NCBI GenBank assembly: GCA_048213135.1
Contig: PS015369.1
Span: forward strand, 39,100-87,740
Source of the DNA: Reclinomonas americana ATCC 50394
Lineage: Eukaryota
Length of the DNA stretch: 48,641 bases
Reading direction: 5' to 3'
The notes under the pieces were generated by a model. It made no database searches. It was given only the letters and a program-made list of their open reading frames with translations, and was not told the DNA's origin. Below, piece by piece: positions 1 to 14,492 of the stretch. Both the position numbers and the translations under genes were made by a program. Numbering within the stretch: the first letter of the stretch is position 1; each line of letters starts with the position of its first letter.

Positions 1-462
1 AGAGAGCGAGAACGAGTGCGCGTGAGTGTCATGTCACACACACCGACTGACTCCACAAAAGACACTCTCACTCACCGCCGTTTCGGCGCTTAGTCGTCAT
101 GTTTCGGCAAACAGAAGATTGTCAACGAGTGACCAGGAGAACTCTGTGCGCGCGTGCGCGTGAGCAACAAAAAACGCCATGTGTGCCATGCACATTCACA
201 ACAACACGCGCACACACGCACACACAACGACACGCAGAGAACAAGATGACACCGAAAGAGAGCACGTGGAGACACCTGACTAGCACACACAGATACGCAG
301 AGACGCACACGTGTGTGTGAGTGCTTTGCGACCACGCAACTTTCGTGTGATGAGCCAATCGATTGGGTCGGACGGTGAAAGTCACTTTGATCACGCGCAT
401 TTCTGTCTGTGTGCACACGCGTGTGTGTGTGACTCAGAGAGGCCAGGAGTGGAGAGAGGAGA

Positions 463-3431
463 ATGGGAGACCGCCTTGCACGCTCCATATATATTCCGCG
501 ACTCCATCGCGATGTTGCGTGCAAGAAAAACGAAAGCAGTCTATGCAAAGTCTCAGTCTCTCACTCATTGCACTCTCTCTGTGTATACACACACAGACCA
601 ATGACAAGGCGCTTTGTGAATTTGTGCTCTCGCGATTCAAGAATCGCGGGGTTGTTGTCACGGATGTGCTCTCCAATCGAGCGCCGGAGGGACACAAGTG
701 GGCCATTGTGGAGCTGAGCACCGAGGCAGCTGCAGCGACGGTGCTGCGCGAGTTGCAGGGCGTGGACATTGATGCGGAGGGCATTGTGTCGCGAGAGTTG
801 CGTTGTCCAAGTCGCATGCGGAGATGAGCCGCCCGCTCAGATGCTCACTGTTCATGCAACTCGTGCAGTGTGCGACCAAAGATGGCGGCGAGACCGATTC
901 AGCGTGGCGCCAACAAGGGTCCGTTTGGTGCGCCGTCGCCTGCACCCTCGACCGCATCGTCGGCGTCGTCGTCGTCGTCCTCGCTGTCGTCGTACTCGTC
1001 GTCGTCGTCGTCGTCTGGATCGGCGTCGCGGTCCGGGCGGGCGTCTGCGCCCAGCGTTGTGCAATCGCCGGCGGCTGTCGCAGCGACTGCCAAGGCAGCG
1101 GCGGCGGCAGCAGCAGCAGCGGCGGCGCACGTGGTGCATCATCACCATCACCATCACCACCACTACGCCAATGCGGCGGCGGCGAATGAGAAGGCGGCGG
1201 CGCGAAGTGGCGGCAACAGCAGCAGTGCTGCCTCCGCCGCCGCCGCCACTGCCAATGGGGGGAGCGCGTGGTTCAGGCCAACGTCGGCAACCGCCACTGC
1301 TGCGGATGTTGTCGCGGTGAAATCAACGGCGCCACCGCAAGCGCACACCGCCACAACCGTCACTCCCACCACTGCTGCGGCTGTGGTGACCATGCCAGTG
1401 GCGGATCCATTTGCGTCGAGTGGCGAATCCGTAGGTTTACCACTACGACCGCCATCCGCCATGTCTGCACGTGCAGGTGCGCGTCCAGCGGCGCCCCAGT
1501 CGCGTGCCGCGGCTGCCGCACTGTCATCGCCGTTCATGTCGGCGGCGTCGGCGTATTCCGACTTTGATGCCGACGCCGATGTGGACGCGTTTGCCGCCTC
1601 GCTGCTGGCCGATGTCGACGACGATTATGACGACGACGACGACGGCGGTGGTGGTGGTGGTGCTCTCTTCCACAGACACAAGAGTGCATCGAGTGCAGGG
1701 CCACCCCTTCAGGCAACTCCCGCACCGGCGTCCCTGGTGTCTGCCACGACCACGGCCTCCACGAAAACGAATACGCATGGAGCACCACGAGCCAACGGCA
1801 GATTAGGCGGCGATCACGCACCGATGTCGGCGGCCGCGTCGGCGCCGCTCCGTGTTGCTGCCTCGTTGTCGCTGCAAGTGGCGGCTCCGGTTGTCGGCCT
1901 GTCGCGAAATGTGAGCAGCAGCTCCAGTCGCGCACCACGACCGACAGCTGGTGTCACCAGTTCAACTGCCACCGCGGCTGCTACCGCTGCTGCACCAGCG
2001 TCCCGACAGTCGACCAACGAATTCACTGAAGACGATGTGGCGCGAGGTGTGTGTGTGTGTGTGTCACTTGGCAGGGAACTGATTCCTTCATGCGCTCCCC
2101 TGAACACCGCCGCCGCACACACATAGGTATCGTGTACGTTGGGCGCCTGGCCGGTGTTCCACGAATTCGCGTTCTCGAAGAATTCAGCAAACGGTACGGA
2201 CGCATCACGTCGGCGTCACACAAGGACGACAAGACGCCGTACTGCATCATTGGCTTCGCGAGCACCGACGCCACACGGCGCGCACTTGCCGACCCTGAGC
2301 CACCCATGTTTACCAATCGCCGAATCCGGTTGCGTCCGCGTGACTACCAATCGTTTCCTGTGTCACTCGCTCACTCACACTCTCACATCTGCTGCGTGCA
2401 CGCTCCAGAATCAAGCCCTACAAACGCTCCCTGCGGAGTGAAGTCCGAGGCAACCGTCTCGCGACTCTGGTTGACAGCATGCTCACGCGGTCGCCACCAT
2501 CCGCCTCGCAAGAGTTGGTGGATGTGGTGAACTCGCTGGAAGTGGTACAAATGGATGTGCAGGCGGCACACTTGTGCGACGAGATTGTTGCGGTAGAGAT
2601 GCAGCTTCGCGACATGCCGCAGGTGAGGATCACGGCTTGAACTCCTTCGACTTGCCGACATGCTCACGCCAGACATGTGTGTTGCAGGGCACGGAGCGCA
2701 GGGCCATGATTGGGCGGCTACGTTCTGCCGTCGATCGCCTGAGTCAAATGGCCAACGAGTATGCCGAGCGGATGGCGACGGACGAGACTCCCGACGTGGC
2801 GTGCACCGAGGAGGAAATGTTGCGTGCGCGCGTGCTGGCATGTGCGTGTGCTTGTGCGTGAGTGTTTGCTCAAATCGATTGGTCGTGCCAGCTGCCCGAT
2901 TTGCCATTCGGGCCTGTCGGAGAGTGAATCAGTGCGGCTGCAATGCGCTCACGACTTCCACCGGCAATGTCTGGTGGAGTGGGCCAAGATCGACAAGCAG
3001 GATACGTGCCCGATTTGCCGAGGCCCTGTCGACCGACAGGCGCTGGGAATCACCGAAGTGTTGCAGAAGCAGCCGGAGGAGGCCGAGTTGCGCGACTTGG
3101 CACTCGCTCTGCGATTGCAGTTGCAACTGGCTCCACCAGGTTTGGGAAGAAGACTGTGCATTGTTATTTAGCGCCGCCTCAACCCTTGTCGCTGCTGCGA
3201 GCAGGACGCGAGCGAGATGCCATGGAACAGAAGCTGCGTGACATTCAGGACAAGTTGCCAGTCGCCGTCGATCACGGGCTGGCCAGCCGCACGTCGTCGC
3301 AACCCGAGGAGTGGGTGATGCACTCGGCGCGAAGAGTGACAAGCAGCGGCGGCGGTGGTGGCACCAGCAGCAGCGGCAGTAGCAGCAGTATCGGTAGCGT
3401 CGCTGCGCCGAGGCGTGGAGGACGACGATGA
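463..3431 (+). CDS. RRM-RRM-RING-H2 protein (putative RNA-binding E3 ubiquitin ligase), about 8 exons
   Basis: Spliced RRM1 (SIYIPRLHRD|TNDKALCEF...KWAIVELST), a long Ser/Ala/His low-complexity linker, RRM2 (IVYVGRLAG...YCIIGFAST) and RING-H2 CPIC...CAHDFHRQC...CPIC. GT-AG introns, e.g. 514-596 and 2819-2891, keep frame. Start codon uncertain. Confidence 0.75.
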
Positions 3432-3569
3432 TTTCTCTGTCCTCTGTCGCTCACTCCCCCCAGTCTACATGATGTAACAAAAGAAAAAAACGCATATCCA
3501 CCCAACAGTGTGTACGCGAACCGTGCATTTATATTCAATTAGCCAACAAGCAGCTCGCACACACACACA

Positions 3570-4979
3570 TTATCCGTCGACAGAGTACGGGCGAACGCGA
3601 CCAATGCTGCGAATCTCGCGGCCGCCGTAGTTTTGCAAAACCTCTAGCCGGAACACGCGGACGTCGGTCGCCGCCTCGGTGAAATCTATAAACAGCGAGG
3701 TACCGTTGGAGACAATCGGGATCAGGTACTCGCCACAGTCGACTTGCGACATGCCACCAGAAGCCGCGCCTCCTTCGCCAAAGCACACGACTCGCATGAC
3801 TCGAGGCTGTGAACGCGCACAACCCTTATTTTACAAGTTGCTTTTGGGGAAGTGGAGCACAATCATGCAAACCTGCGACGGCCAGCCCTCCAGCGAGTGC
3901 TCCACCTCCAGCCGGAAGCCGGCGATACGCATCGGCGCGCCAAACATCAACTCGAGCGCAGGTGGATCCGTAAACTGCTATGGGAGTGAGTAGGGGGACG
4001 AGGAGAGTAAACATGCGCGAGAAATTGAGAGCACCTTGCGCTGCTGGTCCACAGGCACCATGGTCTTTTCGGTGAGGGCGCGCGCCACCATGGTGGTGGC
4101 ATACTTGGGCACGTAGGCGTTCGTGAAGCGATGCGGATGCAACGGAGCAGCAGTGCTCGTTGGTTCTCCACTGTAACAAGGTGAGTCCCGCAGGCTGCAA
4201 AAAGGGGAGATCATAAAGACGCAACGCGGCAGCGGCCGTGGCCACGGCGGCAGTGGAGTCCGTGCCGCCAGAGTGCAGCGCCATTGAGATGCGACGAGTG
4301 GATGGAGGGTGCGGGTGGGGTTGCGATCCGTGTGGATGAGGTCGGTGATGGTGCAGGCCAGGCGAGTCCAGGTTGTGCACCGACGACTGCAGCGTCGCTT
4401 GCACGTCACCGTGTGCACTCGATGCAGCCGGACTCCAATTCGTGAACGGGTAGCCGAGCACGTGCAGGCGGTGAATTCTCAACCGACACGTCGGCTCCAC
4501 CACATGAGGCCTCGTGAATCGCACGCAGACCACTCGCCCAGTTACCGGCTGCGCCAGTGCGCCCAACAACGACGAGGACATGGGCGACGATGTGACTGAC
4601 GAATGCATGGCTTCGGCTGGCCATCTCCACAGATCGATAAAGATTTCGCAGTTGACGAGTGCGCGACTGACACCGGACGCCGAAGCTCCCGGATCTACGA
4701 CGCCGTGAGTGCGCCTGGTGGTAAGGGAGGAGAAATACACACACTTACACACGAACACGCACCGACAGCACTGACAGTGTGTGCCAGATCGGCCTCGGGG
4801 TGACGCGGACGCACAACAATGCCACTGGCGTCATCGCCAGTGTCGTCGTCGCTAGGCTGACGACCGGCAACCTCGGCCAAATTCCACCGACCGACCTCGG
4901 AGAGGGTGCTCAGATCGTCGCCCACCTCCACCGTCACAATCGGTATCTGTCCATGCTCGTAGCTGCCAGTCGCCAGTCA

Positions 4980-5053
<74 letters not shown>

Positions 5054-8000
5054 CGTACGTACGTACGTACGTACCGACGTACCGTACCCGACCGTACCGT
5101 ACCGGTACGGTACGGTACGGACGGACGGTACGTACGGTACGGTAGGTACGGTACGGTACGGTACGGTNNNNNNNNNNNNNNNNNNNNNNNNNNNNNNNNN
5201 NNNNNNNNNNNNNNNNNNNNNNNNNNNNNNNNNNNNNNNNNNNNNNNNNNNNNNNNNNNNNNNNNNNNNNNNNNNNNNNNNNNNNNNNNNNNNNNNNNNN
5301 NNNNNNNNNNNNNNNNNNNNNNNNNNNNNNNNNNNNNNNNNNNNNNNNNNNNNNNNNNNNNNNNNNNNNNNNNNNNNNNNNNNNNNNNNNNNNNNNNNNN
5401 NNNNNNNNNNNNNNNNNNNNNNNNNNNNNNNNNNNNNNNNNNNNNNNNNNNNNNNNNNNNNNNNNNNNNNNNNNNNNNNNNNNNNNNNNNNNNNNNNNNN
5501 NNNNNNNNNNNNNNNNNNNNNNNNNNNNNNNNNNNGAGAGAGAGAGAGATGGGGTGAAGATGAAGCTCCGCTGTCAACACTCACCCCGCACTGTCGGTGA
5601 CGAGGCACAGTTTGGTGAGGTGCGATGGCGTCGGCAGCACAATCACAAAGTCGCAGGTGGAGACGTGCATGGGGGCCCACCACGACTGCAGTGGCAGCAC
5701 ATCGGGGGCACACAGTGCCACTTCTGCGGGGGCCGATGTGGAACCGACGGGCTGCGTGCGCGGCAACGTGAGAGAATGCCGAGACTGTGCGGCAGAAAAA
5801 GACACGAGACGCACCACTTGGTTCACCACCGCCGCATGTGGGAACTCAGACAACACAATCTCCGAGGAGGCGATGCGGTACGAGCGGCTGGTGCGCGTGT
5901 GTGGCGACAGGCCAGAGAAGAGAAGCTCCTTGTCCCACAGCCGTTTCGACACCTCCTCGGCCTCCTCTTCGTGACGACCTGCGACGGCATCGGTCAGGCA
6001 GGGCGGTCAAGACAACTGAGGGGTCACACAGCACACAACGCAACGAGCAGCCATGACCAGCTCGCCCAGTACATGCTGCTGGTACGCGAGAACGTCGTGA
6101 CAGCGTGAGCACACACGATGCGAGGCATCCCAGTCGAACTCCATGATCTGTGCACAGTGTGACTGTCAGCAATTCTCGGGGAATGAGAACATGGGAACCC
6201 AAAAGCCCACTCAACTTGCCACTTGGACGGCGCCAGGCACTTGGTGCAGAACGAATGGCGGCAGTACCGGCAGCTCTTGCGAGTGCCGAAACGACCAAAC
6301 TCTTTCTGGCACTTGTGGCACATGACCTCCGACTTGGCCATGTTCTGACGAATCATTTTCTCGGCACGCTGCATTCCCCGCGAAGGCATGTCAGACAGAC
6401 GTGTGAGAGCGAGTCTCATGGGATTACACAACAGTACCTCATCGCGACGGTGCACAAAGCGATTCGGGTTAAAGTGTGCCGCATGCAGGCCGAGACGGAG
6501 GAGCACCATGTCACGCTGTGCGTCAGGTGAGTCGCACGAACGAAAGGGAAAAAGTAACGCTGCAAGCACTTGCCTCCTTTGGTGACAGTTCCAAGCGTAA
6601 CCGCACACTCTCGAGCGCCAGCGCCAGTGTGAACGACATGCCAGTGGGGCGCTTGACGCCATAGTTGTACGCGACGCCGACCACTTGGTCGTTGATCAGC
6701 TCCTCGGCCGAGGCGAGAGCCAACGCAGAGCCGAGGTTGCTGGCGACACCGGAGGCTGCCGCCGCCGCCGCCGTTGCTGTCGTCGTATCTCCAGCCGCAG
6801 CCAAGCTCTCCTGCGCCAACAGGCCCAGTCGCAGCGGTGGTGGACCCCGATCGCTGTAGTCCTGGAACGACGTGTAGTGGCGCACCAGCATCTCGTAGGC
6901 GCGCTGTGGTCGACGAGAATTCATGAGACAGAGACTGGTGTGGTGGGTGGTGAGACGAGGCTACCGCACCATGCGATCCTCCGTGTGCTCGGCGGTTTTG
7001 CGCTCGACCGCAGCCGTGGCGCCGTCACCCAGCGAGTCCAGTTGAGCACTCTGGTGCTTCCTGCCAGTGACACCCGCCGCAGTCTCTGTCTCCTTGCGCA
7101 GCAGCAGCTGAACTTTTTCACCCACCATCTCCACCTGCAAGATTTGAAAGGGAACGGGTGAGTGAGCTGAGAGGCATGGCATGGCCTGGGGGGAGGGGGG
7201 AAGAAAAACGCACCGACTGCCGCTGGTAGATGCCGTTGAGCTCCAGCTGGTGGACATTAAACAAGTGAGTGAGAAGCAGATGGCACGCCAACAACCTGTC
7301 GCCGTGACACGCACCCGAACATCCACCGGCGACAGCTTTCGGTGCTTGTCGACGCCAAACACCTCAATGTTGCGCAGCACCATCTGTGCGTCGCCAGGTG
7401 GTCCGCGGAAAATGAGTTGTACGGCACGCACCAAGCGACGGAATCGCGGCGTCGAAGCTGCAGCAAAGAATAACGGCTTCAGCAGAAGACTCACGAAAAC
7501 TGAAAAGTCCACGATGGGCGCAACTCGAGCCATCAAAGTCGTAGAGGGTAGAGTACGCTGTGGAGCCCGAGATGCGCGGAGGCATGGTGAACACCATGCG
7601 CGTCTCGTCCAAACATTTGGGAATGTACACATCCTGTGCGCACATGACAGGCTGTCGGCAACACACGAAGAAATCGACCGCACATAAGCTCGTCTTCCAC
7701 TTGCCTGCAACGCCACGTCCATGTCGTCGAGGTACTTGCCGACCAGAATGTCCATGTAGCGGGTGGCATTCACGTTGCGCAGCGTGAGCGCAATCATCGA
7801 CAGCTGCACGTACTCGGGAAGCACCAGCCACAGCTGCACGGCCTCCGGGCAGCCAGGCAACTCGAACGGCTCGGCCTTGGGTCGCGGAGACGAGGCGGCT
7901 GGCTCGGGCGAGGATGCAGCAGGCGCCGCATCACCTGTGTGTGTGTGTGTGAAGAGCGTGAGTGTCGGCAACTTTTAGTGTGCTCGCTTGCTCGCCACCA

Positions 8001-8993
8001 ACTGACCTCCGACAATCTTGCGATAGAGGGCCCGGAAGAAGCCGCCCACCACACCCGATTGCGCCGCCGGTTCCTCCGCACCCGCTGCCGCCGACGACGG
8101 TGCTGATGGAGAGCCACTCCGGTCGCCGTCCCCCTCGTCGGAGCCCGCCAGTGATGCTGCGCAGTGAGAAGGGAAGTGTGAGGTGGAAGTCAAGAAAAAC
8201 AGATGAAGAATTTGAAAAGATTAAAAGCCGCACCGAGACTGGCTCCCACAGATGGGGGTCGCAACAAGCGCAAAGAAGTCGGCTTGCACAGGTAGTAGCC
8301 GTGCTGCATGAAGAGGCGCTGGCCGGCGCTGGCCGGCGTCATGGACGGCGGCGAGAAGACCACGGCACTGCAAGGGTTGTTGCTCAGCACCACGGTGCTG
8401 CGTGGGAAGCCGGGAACGTGCACATCGCTACACATGGAAAGGGAATCGATGAGCATCCCAGAAACGAAGAGGGGTGACATGGGCGGCGCAACGTGAGTCG
8501 CTCGAGGAACAAGTCAAACTGGACCTGGCGATCCGTGTCGTTGAAGACGTTTTGGTAGCGCCGTTGCAACACCTGCACGCTCACCCTGTGGTGAGCCACC
8601 GACGCCACAGCGAGAAGGCAGCATGCCATCACGCAACAATAAATGTGTTGATGGGAGCCGACGGCAGGTTCGGAGCAAATGCGCGAATGTGCTTGGTGTG
8701 CATGGCCGGGCTGTTGGTGTACAGGAGCGACATGATGTCGCCGACTTGGACTGCACAAAAGAGGAGGGTGAGTCACATTTGCCTGCAGGCCTGTATCTCA
8801 CTGCCCAACGCAACTGGTGAGCTCGGCCAGTGCGCCGGCCAACTGCGGCTGCAGCACACGCTGCAGTTCGTTGACCGTCATGCGCAGGAAATACCACTCT
8901 TCGGGGAAGTTGAGCTCGGGCGGGAGCTGCACGCCAAGATGCGAGCCGCCAATTGACTCCTCGTCACTGAAACGGCGGAAACCTGCAGACGCA

Positions 8994-9042
<49 letters not shown>

Positions 9043-12000
9043 GAGGAGGAGGNNNNNNNNNNNNNNNNNNNNNNNNNNNNNNNNNNNNNNNNNNNNNNNN
9101 NNNNNNNNNNNNNNNNNNNNNNNNNNNNNNNNNNNNNNNNNNNNNNNNNNNNNNNNNNNNNNNNNNNNNNNNNNNNNNNNNNNNNNNNNNNNNNNNNNNN
9201 NNNNNNNNNNNNNNNNNNNNNNNNNNNNNNNNNNNNNNNNNNNNNNNNNNNNNNNNNNNNNNNNNNNNNNNNNNNNNNNNNNNNNNNNNNNNNNNNNNNN
9301 NNNNNNNNNNNNNNNNNNNNNNNNNNNNNNNNNNNNNNNNNNNNNNNNNNNNNNNNNNNNNNNNNNNNNNNNNNNNNNNNNNNNNNNNNNNNNNNNNNNN
9401 NNNNNNNNNNNNNNNNNNNNNNNNNNNNNNNNNNNNNNNNNNNNNNNNNNNNNNNNNNNNNNNNNNNNNNNNNNNNNNNNNNNNNNNNNNNNNNNNNNNN
9501 NNNNNNNNNNNNNNNNNNNNNNNNNNNNNNNNNNNNNNNNNNNNNNNNNNNNNNNNNNNNNNNNNNNNNNNNNNNNNNNNNNNNNNNNNNNNNNNNNNNN
9601 NNNNNNNNNNNNNNNNNNNNNNNNNNNNNNNNNNNNNNNNNNNNNNNNNNNNNNNNNNNNNNNNNNNNNNNNNNNNNNNNNNNNNNNNNNNNNNNNNNNN
9701 NNNNNNNNNNNNNNNNNNNNNNNNNNNNNNNNNNNNNNNNNNNNNNNNNNNNNNNNNNNNNNNNNNNNNNNNNNNNNNNNNNNNNNNNNNNNNNNNNNNN
9801 NNNNNNNNNNNNNNNNNNNNNNNNNNNNNNNNNNNNNNNNNNNNNNNNNNNNNNNNNNNNNNNNNNNGTGCCAGGACTTGCAGGCCGGCGACTGCATCCC
9901 GCAAAGTAGAATTCAAAGAGAAGAATGAACGAGTGAGGGAATGGCAAACACAAAACGACGATCGTCTTGCCACAACTGCACAACACGTAAACGCAACAAA
10001 ACACCATGATATTCGTGCGATCGAGCGAATCGGCACAGTTGATGCGGAAGTAGCCTTTCTGGCGCGCGAACACATTCGGGCCCGACGCGTAACCCACCGG
10101 CCGACCGTCCTCGTTGAATGTGTACCTGAAAACAGCAAAGTCACTCGACAGTCATGTGTGCCCGTCGACGGAAAATGCACGTACTTGAGGTAGCCTGACG
10201 TGAGACCGTAGTCACGGAAGAGTGACGACAAGGAGCCCCACATGCCGCGCACGGTGTCGTTGAAGCCGAGCGTCTTGCTGTTGGAGTGCCAGTCAAAGTT
10301 CATGAACTGCACGTTCAGTTCCATCTCGCTGCGCACGCGGCGCAGTGCAACTTGATAGTTCTGCAAATGGGAAAGTGTGAGACAATGTGTGTGGGGAGAA
10401 GGAAGGTGAAGGAGAAGAGAAGTCGCACCTCCACCAGCAAGCTCTCCATGTGATCAGGCGTGGACTTGAGCAAGCTCACGCAGTGGAAGGGCACCGGACC
10501 GTATCGCCCAACCATGTGACGCCAGTACACATCGGTGTCTGCGTGATGTCACAAAGTGAGCGATCACGTGCTGAACGCGCAATCATCCGTCCAAGTACGA
10601 AACTACGGAAGGGGTCCTTGTCGATGACGATCTCCGGCTCGGCCACGCTGTGTCGCAAGTGGGTGCGCCAGTGCAGTGGCACGGTGCCACGGCGCAGCAC
10701 CCAGGTGGCAAACGAGACGCCGACCGGGCTGTGCATCATGCAAATCTGCTCCTCCTCGGCCTCGTTACCGGGCCCTGCATCGCCGATCAACGTGGGTGAG
10801 AGAATTGCGAATAAGTGTGCTGACGCGGTTGTGCGACGACGCAACAGGATTGATCGTTCAGTCCGCGTGCCACGTATCGCGTGCCCGCATTGAAGGAGCT
10901 GCGGCGCACAATAATCGCCACCGTGACTGAACGCGTCATGTTAGAGCAACTGAGCAAGGGTGCGAGTTGACGATGAGGGGGCATACGCAACTGGAGAGTG
11001 AGGGAGCCGACGACGACGGCGACGACGACGGAGCCGCCGTGTTCATGTAGCGAGAGGCGGCCACGCCCTGGCACAAGACCACGCAGAGGTGGCGGAGTCC
11101 GCGGGCGCGGAACGGTGCACTGAGCTCGGCGTTCCACCAGAATTCCGGTGAAGGCCTATCGAGGGAAAGGGGAAGGGAGGGGGGAGGGGAATGGATGGTG
11201 AGCAGGAGGAAGACTGAGGAGGAGGAGGAGGAGGAGGAGGAGGAGGAGGAGGAGGAGGAGGAGGAGGAGGAGGAGGAGGAGGAGGAGGAGGAGGAGGAGG
11301 AGGAGGAGGAGGAAGAAGAACAAGAACGAAGAAAAAGAAGAAAAGAAGAAAAAGATGCGGAAGGAGGAGGAGGAGGAGAAAGAAGAGAAGGATGAGGGCA
11401 GTAAGAGGAGGACGGAGGATGGAAGGAAAGAAGAGACACAGAGAGAGAGGAGGGGGGAGAGAGAAGCAGAGAGGATAGAGAAGCGAGAGGCATCATGAGA
11501 ATCGAAGACAAGGGCAAACCCTGAGATAAGTGTGCACTGAAAGAACACCAAGTGATGACACCGCCTCCGAGCAGATTGATTACCCACACACTCAACTCCT
11601 CAATCGGATGATGCGTCGAGGGGAACGGTCGCGTAATGTCCGTGGTCTCGCAGTAATAGTGCATGGTGTCCAGCGGGAACTGCGTCAGCATGTCGCAGGC
11701 CCGCACAAACTCAGCCTCGTGCTGCGGCTCCGTGACCACGTGATGCAGCGGGATTTTGATCCACTGCACACACGCACATGCATGAGAAACGTTCACACAA
11801 TGTGGAATAGGGCTCCAGAGGCGCAGGCCAACACACAAACCGTCGATTCCATGATGGTGCGCACTCGGTGGCCACCGGGAAGCACCAAATCGTCCTTGAC
11901 ACGCGTGGCCAGCAACAGCAGCGCAGTGGCACCGTACACGCGGTAACCCACCAGCGCACAGCCGCGTCTTGACGGCGCACACAAATCAGCACATATGTAC

Positions 12001-13407
12001 GTACACGAGTTCGTGCGTGAACAGCAAAACGCAACTGCATGCTGACCACCGGTCCGTGCACCGCCACCAGCGACTCCAGCGCGCCACCTTCGTTCGGGAA
12101 CAAATCGCTGCCGGCCAGCGCCGAGTAGCGCAGTTCGCCGGCCAGTGGATCAATGGCCACCACCTGGCAGTCGCGTCGACCGGCGATGGTGGAGACGAGG
12201 AACTGCGCGAGACATGGATGAAGGGAAGGGAGAGAGAGAGGGTGTGTGTGAGAGAGAGAGACGACACACTTGTCAAAAACGAGGATTGTGCGTGTTATAG
12301 ACAACACTTGACTTGGGTCTGAAGAACGACCCAAGTCGCAGTGTGACTATGCGAGACTCTGACGACACACTTGTCAAAAACGAGGAATGTGCGTACCACT
12401 GACAACATTCAACAAAGGTGAAGCACTTGGCAAGTTACTCTCTATGCACCACNNNNNNNNNNNNNNNNNNNNNNNNNNNNNNNNNNNNNNNNNNNNNNNN
12501 NNNNNNNNNNNNNNNNNNNNNNNNNNNNNNNNNNNNNNNNNNNNNNNNNNNNNNNNNNNNNNNNNNNNNNNNNNNNNNNNNNNNNNNNNNNNNNNNNNNN
12601 NNNNNNNNNNNNNNNNNNNNNNNNNNNNNNNNNNNNNNNNNNNNNNNNNNNNNNNNNNNNNNNNNNNNNNNNNNNNNNNNNNNNNNNNNNNNNNNNNNNN
12701 NNNNNNNNNNNNNNNNNNNNNNNNNNNNNNNNNNNNNNNNNNNNNNNNNNNNNNNNNNNNNNNNNNNNNNNNNNNNNNNNNNNNNNNNNNNNNNNNNNNN
12801 NNNNNNNNNNNNNNNNNNNNNNNNNNNNNNNNNNNNNNNNNNNNNNNNNNNNNNNNNNNNNNNNNNNNNNNNNNNNNNNNNNNNNNNNNNNNNNNNNNNN
12901 NNNNNNNNNNNNNNNNNNNNNNNNNNNNNNNNNNNNNNNNNNNNNNNNNNNNNNNNNNNNNNNNNNNNNNNNNNNNNNNNNNNNNNNNNNNNNNNNNNNN
13001 NNNNNNNNNNNNNNNNNNNNNNNNNNNNNNNNNNNNNNNNNNNNNNNNNNNNNNNNNNNNNNNNNNNNNNNNNNNNNNNNNNNNNNNNNNNNNNNNNNNN
13101 NNNNNNNNNNNNNNNNNNNNNNNNNNNNNNNNNNNNNNNNNNNNNNNNNNNNNNNNNNNNNNNNNNNNNNNNNNNNNNNNNNNNNNNNNNNNNNNNNNNN
13201 NNNNNNNNNNNNNNNNNNNNNNNNNNNNNNNNNNNNNNNNNNNNNNNNNNNNNNNNNNNNNNNNNNNNNNNNNNNNNNNNNNNNNNNNNNNNNNNNNNNN
13301 NNNNNNNNNNNNNNNNNNNNNNNNNNNNNNNNNNNNNNNNNNNNNNNNNNNNNNNNNNNNNNNNNNNNNNNNNNNNNNNNNNNNNNNNNNNNNNNNNNNN
13401 NNNNNNN

Positions 13408-13440
<33 letters not shown>

Positions 13441-13832
13441 GAGAGAGCCCCAAGTGTGCGCAGGTAATAAGAAATGCCACTAAAATCCGCAGTTTCTCTC
13501 CCGCCCGAGTGACCATACATGTCTCCCGCAGCACCGAAGAGCGAGAGAGAGCGTGCGTGTGAGACAGAGGAACAGGCACACAGGTCGAGAGCGAGGAAAT
13601 ACGAGTTCGGCAGACAACACGCAACAGAGGAGTCAGAGGAGCCTCATTCTGTCTCCACAAGTCTCTCTACAAATGACCGTGCTGTGCGTGTGAGTGAGAG
13701 AGAGAGACAGAGAGAGACACACACAGAGAGAGAGAGAAAAAGTGATCACAGACAACACAAACAAGAGAAGACCGCCAATCTCTGTGAACCATGCGTGTCT
13801 CTGAATAACACCAGTGTGTGTGTGTGTGTGTA

Positions 13833-13922
<90 letters not shown>

Positions 13923-14492
13923 NNNNNNNNNNNNNNNNNNNNNNNNNNNNNNNNNNNNNNNNNNNNNNNNNNNNNNNNNNNNNNNNNNNNNNNNNNNNNN
14001 NNNNNNNNNNNNNNNNNNNNNNNNNNNNNNNNNNNNNGAGAGAGAGAGAGAAAGTGATCACAGACAACACAAACAAGACTGGACCGCCCATCTCTCTGTG
14101 AGCCACGCATGTCTCTGAACACCACCACAGAGAGATAGAAAGAGCAAGAGAAGACAACAAGAACAGAGAGAGACAGAGAGAGACAGCAATCAAAAAAAAC
14201 TCACCGAGTACCCATCAGTCATCTTGACGACCGCATGCGCCGTCTCCAAATTCATCGGATCCAACCTGTTCACCGGCGACGCCACGCCCCCCGCTCCGCC
14301 TCCAACCGAGGAACCAGACGCCGAAGACGCCGACGTTGCAGGAATCACCACCATCTCCGCACTTTCACCAACAATGTCCTCTTCTTCTTCTTCGTCTCTC
14401 ACGGCGTCCGCCGGCTCGCGATCGCCATTACCACTATCAAGCAGTGAGCTGGGCTCGTCAATGGCCAACGTGGCTGCGGCTTGCTCGCTCAT
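3570..14492 (-). CDS. SAC9-like SacI phosphoinositide phosphatase with an internal FYVE-like zinc finger, many exons, spans gaps
   Basis: Catalytic RINCADSLDRTN (CX5R) motif near 10010-10050; RRSS...GTRYVARGLN...PGNEAE; LRRGTVPLHW; LQRRYQN...RQVQFDLFL; N-terminal DCQVVAIDPLAGELRY resembling plant SAC9. Assigning the 5' exons (14492-14204 and about 13667-13626) to this gene is inferred across a gap. Confidence 0.75.
11215..11313. repeat. (GAG)n trinucleotide microsatellite in a SAC9-like gene intron
   Basis: About 30 tandem GAG units. Confidence 0.9.

Noticed and set aside
5053-5167. (ACGT/GTAC)n palindromic runs next to gaps, also at 20920-21004 and 29458-29745
   Set aside because: They always follow a microsatellite and lie beside N gaps, and resemble pyrosequencing flow-order (TACG) noise; likely artefacts.
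11156-11587. Poly-Leu, poly-Glu and poly-Ser ORFs
   Set aside because: Translations of an intronic (GAG)n microsatellite.
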